From Candidatus Magasanikbacteria bacterium RIFCSPHIGHO2_01_FULL_33_34 (GTDB taxonomy: Bacteria; Patescibacteriota; Patescibacteriia; Magasanikbacterales; UBA922), in the NCBI GenBank assembly GCA_001782825.1, contig MFPS01000007.1, positions 84,487 through 148,486 of the forward strand: a DNA stretch of 64,000 bases, in the 5' to 3' direction. This document shows positions 59,954-64,000 of this stretch, piece after piece; the stretch's first letter is position 1; every line of letters starts with the position of its first letter. Under the pieces are notes generated by a model, which was not told where the DNA came from, did not search any database, and was given only the letters and a program-made list of their open reading frames with translations. Made by a program: the position numbers and the translations under genes.

Positions 59954-60943
59954 TCATGGGTAGACGCAAGTGTTTGTGCCCACGTCGCAGTATGGCGACG
60001 GTGGACACGAATCTCCACACGGCAAGGCCGTGTAAAGGGTGCAGTGCCAGTCTTCATAGCACTGCACGCAGGTGCCATCCAGGCACTTGCGTTTGTCCGA
60101 CGGACAGTCGGAGTGCCCACTGCACTCCGGTTCCGGCTTGTCGCAGGTGCACTCACCGGCGACGCAGGAGTAGCCGTCGTCGCAGACGACCAGTTCGTGC
60201 TGGCAACCTAGAGTTGCGTCGCACGAATCGGTCGTACAGCTGTCACCGTCGTCGCACCCACCCAATGGGGGGGCAACTTGGTCACACAAACATGTGTCCG
60301 GGTTTTGTGCCCAGACACCGTTGCACGCGTCCTCGTCATCACAGACGAGGGGCGCGCAGCTCGGCGGAGCGTCACACTCCGGAACACCGGCATCCGGTGT
60401 CCCAAGGGGACATGTCGGACACGTCGGTTCCGGAGTGCATCCACTGGAAGTCGAGCAAAACTCTCCTTCGTTGCAGATTGTGCTGTCGGGGACCTGGAAA
60501 CACCCAGTACCCTCGACACACACGCCGACGGTGCAGACGAACGGGTCGTTGCAAGCGGGCGGTTCGCCCGGACGACATTCGCCGTCCAGACAGCGCTCCG
60601 CGCCGTTGCAGAACAACCCGTCGTTGCAGTCCAGATCCATTTCACAGGTCTCCGGACAACCGACACACGTGGGCGGACCCACGCACTCGTTGCGACTCTC
60701 GTCGCAGGTCATGCCGTTTTGACACAGGTCACCGGTGTGGGCACATTCGCCCACTCCGATACAGTACTCCACGCCATTACAGAACAACCCGTCCTGCGGA
60801 CAATCGCAAGCGTTACCGCCTGCATCATCCGCCGAACCAGCGTCAAGGGTAGAATTGCCGTTTGGCAACTCCACCCCGAAGTGGTCACGGCCCTCACCGC
60901 AAGCGGCGAGAGCCAAGAAAGCAAGAATGAGGATTCTCATCAT
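59954..60943 (-). CDS. Cys-rich repeat lipoprotein (myxobacterial/Dictyostelium-repeat style)
   Basis: Lipobox-like LAAC, repeats DGLFCNG.E.C, CNDPFVCTVGVC, CDDGDSCTTDSCDATLGCQH, PDAG linkers. Confidence 0.75.
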   Translation of the reverse strand: MMRILILAFLALAACGEGRDHFGVELPNGNSTLDAGSADDAGGNACDCPQDGLFCNGVEYCIGVGECAHTGDLCQNGMTCDESRNECVGPPTCVGCPETCEMDLDCNDGLFCNGAERCLDGECRPGEPPACNDPFVCTVGVCVEGTGCFQVPDSTICNEGEFCSTSSGCTPEPTCPTCPLGTPDAGVPECDAPPSCAPLVCDDEDACNGVWAQNPDTCLCDQVAPPLGGCDDGDSCTTDSCDATLGCQHELVVCDDGYSCVAGECTCDKPEPECSGHSDCPSDKRKCLDGTCVQCYEDWHCTLYTALPCGDSCPPSPYCDVGTNTCVYP

Positions 60944-60964
60944 TTTCTTTTCTTTCTGCCACCC

Positions 60965-61423
60965 TTAGCGGGTGGCATAGCAGATGATACCGGTGACGAG
61001 AGCCGACGCGCCTGCTCCGGCCGCCGCGAACTTCCACGTGGCGTCGAACCAGACGTCGACGCGAGAGGCCGAAACCTCCACGTCGTTGGGGTAGCGGATG
61101 CTGCCGTAGGCAGCACCTCCTGCTGTTCCGGCGAGACCGCCGAGAGCCATTGCTCCCAGACAGCCCCGCTTCTGCGCAGGTACCTTGACCGTGGTCGTGT
61201 CCGTGATGGGCACGACCAATTCGACGTCACAGTCCCCGTCAGACGGGCACTGCACCTGGCGGTCAAAGACCGCTTCGCCGTTGGCGGTCACTCCGTCGCT
61301 GGTGTCAAGCATCGTGCTCGAGACCACCGGCCTGGCGGTGTGCACCGCACAACCGCTGAGGATGTTGACCACAAGGGCCAACGCGAGGCCGAAAACGGCC
61401 AGAAACAAAAGATCCTTCTTCAT
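60965..61423 (-). CDS. Putative lipoprotein/membrane protein
   Basis: Signal with LSGC lipobox, Gly/Ala-rich hydrophobic segments, SD-like AGGAGA upstream. Confidence 0.6.
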   Translation of the reverse strand: MKKDLLFLAVFGLALALVVNILSGCAVHTARPVVSSTMLDTSDGVTANGEAVFDRQVQCPSDGDCDVELVVPITDTTTVKVPAQKRGCLGAMALGGLAGTAGGAAYGSIRYPNDVEVSASRVDVWFDATWKFAAAGAGASALVTGIICYATR

Positions 61424-61480
61424 GTCTCTCTCCTGTTTCCCGACATCTTATCGGGATAGTTTCTGTTTGGTTGAAAGGTT

Positions 61481-61527
61481 GAAAAGAAAGGTCACCCTGC
61501 CTGGTGGTTAAACTGGGCAAAATGACC
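61481..61527 (-). terminator. Terminator-like hairpin inside the GC-rich cassette
   Basis: Minus strand ggtcattttgcc...ggcagggtgacc followed by tttcttttc. Confidence 0.55.
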
Positions 61528-61547
61528 AGCGATGTGGCTGATGAAGA

Positions 61548-62513
61548 CTATCTCTCCACCGCCACGGTCTTGGTCCTGGGGACCACGACCCGCACGTTTA
61601 CGGGCTTGTCAGCCCGCTTGCGCAGATCGTCAACCCCGACCGAGAGGTTGCCATACTTCGCCTCCAGGCTCAGTAGATAACCCCTCGTCTCTTCGGACCG
61701 CTTTTTGTCGGCCTCTTCATGGCTCCGAAGCCGACGATCATGCTCATCGAGCTTCTTGTTGACCCTGTTGATGGCGCGACCGTTCTTCTCGCTCTGCACG
61801 AGGCCCTTTTCGGTCAAGCCGAACAGCATGTTCAGCATGCCGTTCTGTGGCTTGCTCAGGTGGCAACACTCACTCGGAGTCTTACCACTCTTGACACACT
61901 CATCAAGCAACTTCTCGTAGGCAAGAACCTCCGCCGGGTCAGTCACGACCCAGCCTTGGAACTTCTTCAGGAGACGGTAGGTCTCCGTATCGGTTCCACC
62001 GACCAAACGGCGAGTCTCCTCGCCGTCGATCCTCATCGTCGAGACGATGGGGCCGTCGACGCCAAGCAGAGCCCTGGTGACATCACCATCCTTGGTGACC
62101 GCCGAAGCGATCTTGTCGACGCTATCATCGTCATTGAACTGCTGATACAACAGCAGTCCAATGACGACAGCGATCCCCGCCAAGATGGCGACGAACCACC
62201 ACACCGAACGCTGAGGCGTCGGCGAAGGTGCCGGAGGGGGCAGAGTCTTGGCGACCCCGCCATTGATGTGTGGCGGAAGACCGCCACCACCACCGTGCTG
62301 TTCCATGCTCATATTCTGTTCTTTCTGGCGCTCACGACGCCTCTTCTGGTACTCCGTCTCCGTGACGCCGGGAAGCGCCGAATTGGGCTTGGTGTCCTGA
62401 TTGTCAGCGACGACCGAAGGGACACTCTCCTTTTCCGGGAGAACATCCTTTCCTCCATCTCGAGTTTGAATCTCCCCAGCCGCTTCGAGCTCACGTCGTT
62501 CATTTGCGGTCAT
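61548..62513 (-). CDS. Single-TM hypothetical protein with Pro-rich juxtamembrane region and C-terminal coiled coil
   Basis: Start set at ATG 62513 preceded by AAAGGAGAGG; PPPAPSPTP then WWFVAILAGIAVVIGLLLY. Confidence 0.65.
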   Translation of the reverse strand: MTANERRELEAAGEIQTRDGGKDVLPEKESVPSVVADNQDTKPNSALPGVTETEYQKRRRERQKEQNMSMEQHGGGGGLPPHINGGVAKTLPPPAPSPTPQRSVWWFVAILAGIAVVIGLLLYQQFNDDDSVDKIASAVTKDGDVTRALLGVDGPIVSTMRIDGEETRRLVGGTDTETYRLLKKFQGWVVTDPAEVLAYEKLLDECVKSGKTPSECCHLSKPQNGMLNMLFGLTEKGLVQSEKNGRAINRVNKKLDEHDRRLRSHEEADKKRSEETRGYLLSLEAKYGNLSVGVDDLRKRADKPVNVRVVVPRTKTVAVER

Positions 62514-62671
62514 AACAATCCTCTCCTTTTGAAACCTATGTAGGGACCAGCACCATGCTGGAACTGGCCCCAAGTGGGACCAAAAATCCCACACAGGCAC
62601 AAAAACACAACCAATGCTCTAATGCCTATGTAGAATTTCCCTACGCTATATTCAATTGTAAGGAACAGAAT

Positions 62672-62700
62672 AATATAGCACATTTTTACACTTTTGTCAA
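62672..62700 (-). promoter_or_regulatory. AT-rich sigma70 promoter driving the GC-rich cassette
   Basis: Minus strand TTGACA-17 nt-TATATT with TG extension. Confidence 0.7.
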
Positions 62701-62760
62701 GTTTTTGTAGTGATTAAAAAAACAAAAAACTCTAACTAATTTCTATATTTGTTACATATC

Positions 62761-62791
62761 AAAAAAACCGCTTAATTAAGGCAGTTTTTTT
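62761..62791 (-). terminator. Terminator-like hairpin after the last ORF
   Basis: aaaaaaaccgctt aatt aaggcagttttttt. Confidence 0.6.
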
Positions 62792-62800
62792 GATGTTATT

Positions 62801-64000
62801 TTAATCTTGAACAGTAATTTTGGGTGGTGTTTCACTCAAATCGACGTCTATCAAATGCTCTTTACCGTTACTATCAACGGCAACAACCACTCCATTGTCC
62901 CCCTGCAAAAAAGTATATTCTTTATCAAAAATTATATAATCCTTGCCATTGCTGGATATCTTCATAACATTAGAACCACCTTTTACTACATCAATTTCAT
63001 TCTCATTTGCCTGTTCAGTATTGAATAATAATTCTGCTTCATCTTTATAATCATCGGTAATATGGTTAAGCATATTCATTCTTACTGCTTCGGCAATTTG
63101 TTCAGATGATGCTTTTGCATCTGTTTTTAGCAGATCAATTAATTCTTGATTTGAGGAATCAAGTGTAGAACTACTTCCCAAATCCTGTACTATCAAACTT
63201 CCAAAACTGGCTGAATCTTTAACATCATGCCCTTCAATGCTATGATAATTAACTCTATTCTTTAAATAATTCAAATATTTATTGAACTCTTGATCATATA
63301 CTTCTCTATATTTATTTTGTATTTCTGGATCAACTACAGACACTTCTGTATTAGATTCAATTTTTTCTGTTTCTGGTGATGTCTCAGCATCTTCAGCCTC
63401 AACTTGAGTATTCTGTACCGGAACTACTTCTTCACTAGGATATGAAACATTTTCTTCGCTTTCAACTTTCAATTTATCTACATCATCTGCGATCGGTTTT
63501 TCTACTGCTAGGTTATTTTCTGGTTTTACAAAATGATCAGCTCCAGAAATAGCGTCTACTTTGTTATCTGTAAGTGATATATCAGCCACAACCTTATTAA
63601 CATCTACTGCTTCAGTCACTCCACTTGGTTTATTTTCAACCGCATTTATCATAGCCTCAGTACTCACAAATGCAGAACCTTTTGGCAATTCACCGGTAAA
63701 TGGCACATTGATAGTTTTTTGAATAGTTTCAGTATGACCAACAATATCAAAATTTGATCGATCGCCACTCATTGCATCTATTGCAGGACCAGAAACATAT
63801 TCTGCATGAGGGCCAGCCGACAATTGCGCGTCCCCACTCATCAAAGCTTCATTGTTGCCAACTTCTCCACCTCTTGGACTCATTGCTTCCCATCTATAAC
63901 CTTCTAATTTATTGCCATCGTACATTTCTACCCCAAAACCATTATCTGTTGGATAATAATGTTTGATTTCACTACCTTGTAATGTCGCTGGAACTTTGGC
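62801..64000 (-). CDS. Acidic hypothetical protein, 5' end outside the window
   Basis: Frame is open from 64000 to the stop at 62801; Glu/Asp/Asn-rich, no recognised motif. Confidence 0.6.
   Translation of the reverse strand, partial: AKVPATLQGSEIKHYYPTDNGFGVEMYDGNKLEGYRWEAMSPRGGEVGNNEALMSGDAQLSAGPHAEYVSGPAIDAMSGDRSNFDIVGHTETIQKTINVPFTGELPKGSAFVSTEAMINAVENKPSGVTEAVDVNKVVADISLTDNKVDAISGADHFVKPENNLAVEKPIADDVDKLKVESEENVSYPSEEVVPVQNTQVEAEDAETSPETEKIESNTEVSVVDPEIQNKYREVYDQEFNKYLNYLKNRVNYHSIEGHDVKDSASFGSLIVQDLGSSSTLDSSNQELIDLLKTDAKASSEQIAEAVRMNMLNHITDDYKDEAELLFNTEQANENEIDVVKGGSNVMKISSNGKDYIIFDKEYTFLQGDNGVVVAVDSNGKEHLIDVDLSETPPKITVQD

Larger units (their letters stand above)
59850..62600. other. 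GC-rich island (three genes) in an AT-rich genome
   Basis: Abrupt composition shift (roughly double the GC of the flanks by eye), GC-ending codons, many long shadow ORFs; no integrase or transposase seen. Confidence 0.85.

Noticed and set aside
59935-62543. Long plus-strand and alternative-frame ORFs in the GC-rich island (e.g. 60278-61459, 59935-60852, 61719-62543)
   Set aside because: Shadow ORFs expected in high-GC DNA; the minus-strand genes have signal peptides, SD motifs, promoter and terminator

Overview
AT-rich bacterial DNA with most genes on the minus strand and A/T-rich, mostly Shine-Dalgarno-less translation starts. Gene content and the style of the large surface protein suggest a Patescibacteria (CPR, Parcubacteria/Magasanikbacteria-like) genome; this is inference. 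Bases 1-51800 are one very large surface-glycan locus: nucleotide-sugar enzymes (PseB/PseC/PseI with a WbuX/HisH/HisF amidotransferase triad, Gmd, an Rmd-like reductase, UDP-glucuronate decarboxylase, two His-type DegT-family 3-dehydratases, one fused in frame to RmlB), many GT4 and GT2 enzymes, several GT-C membrane transferases, a Wzx flippase, methyltransferases, AsnB, a CotH kinase/phosphoesterase pair and a WaaL/O-OTase-TPR protein. Next come a 1251-aa S-layer-like protein, an ECF sigma/anti-sigma pair, an HTH gene with palindromic operators, and a sharply GC-rich three-gene cassette encoding a myxobacterial-style Cys-rich lipoprotein. The most notable unexplained signals are: (1) a conserved, covarying ~50-nt structured RNA motif present three times in the leaders of glycan genes; (2) short-period (7- and 8-mer) repeat arrays arranged as inverted flanks around genes, including a four-helix-bundle gene; (3) the GC-rich, SD-led cassette driven by an AT-rich native promoter.
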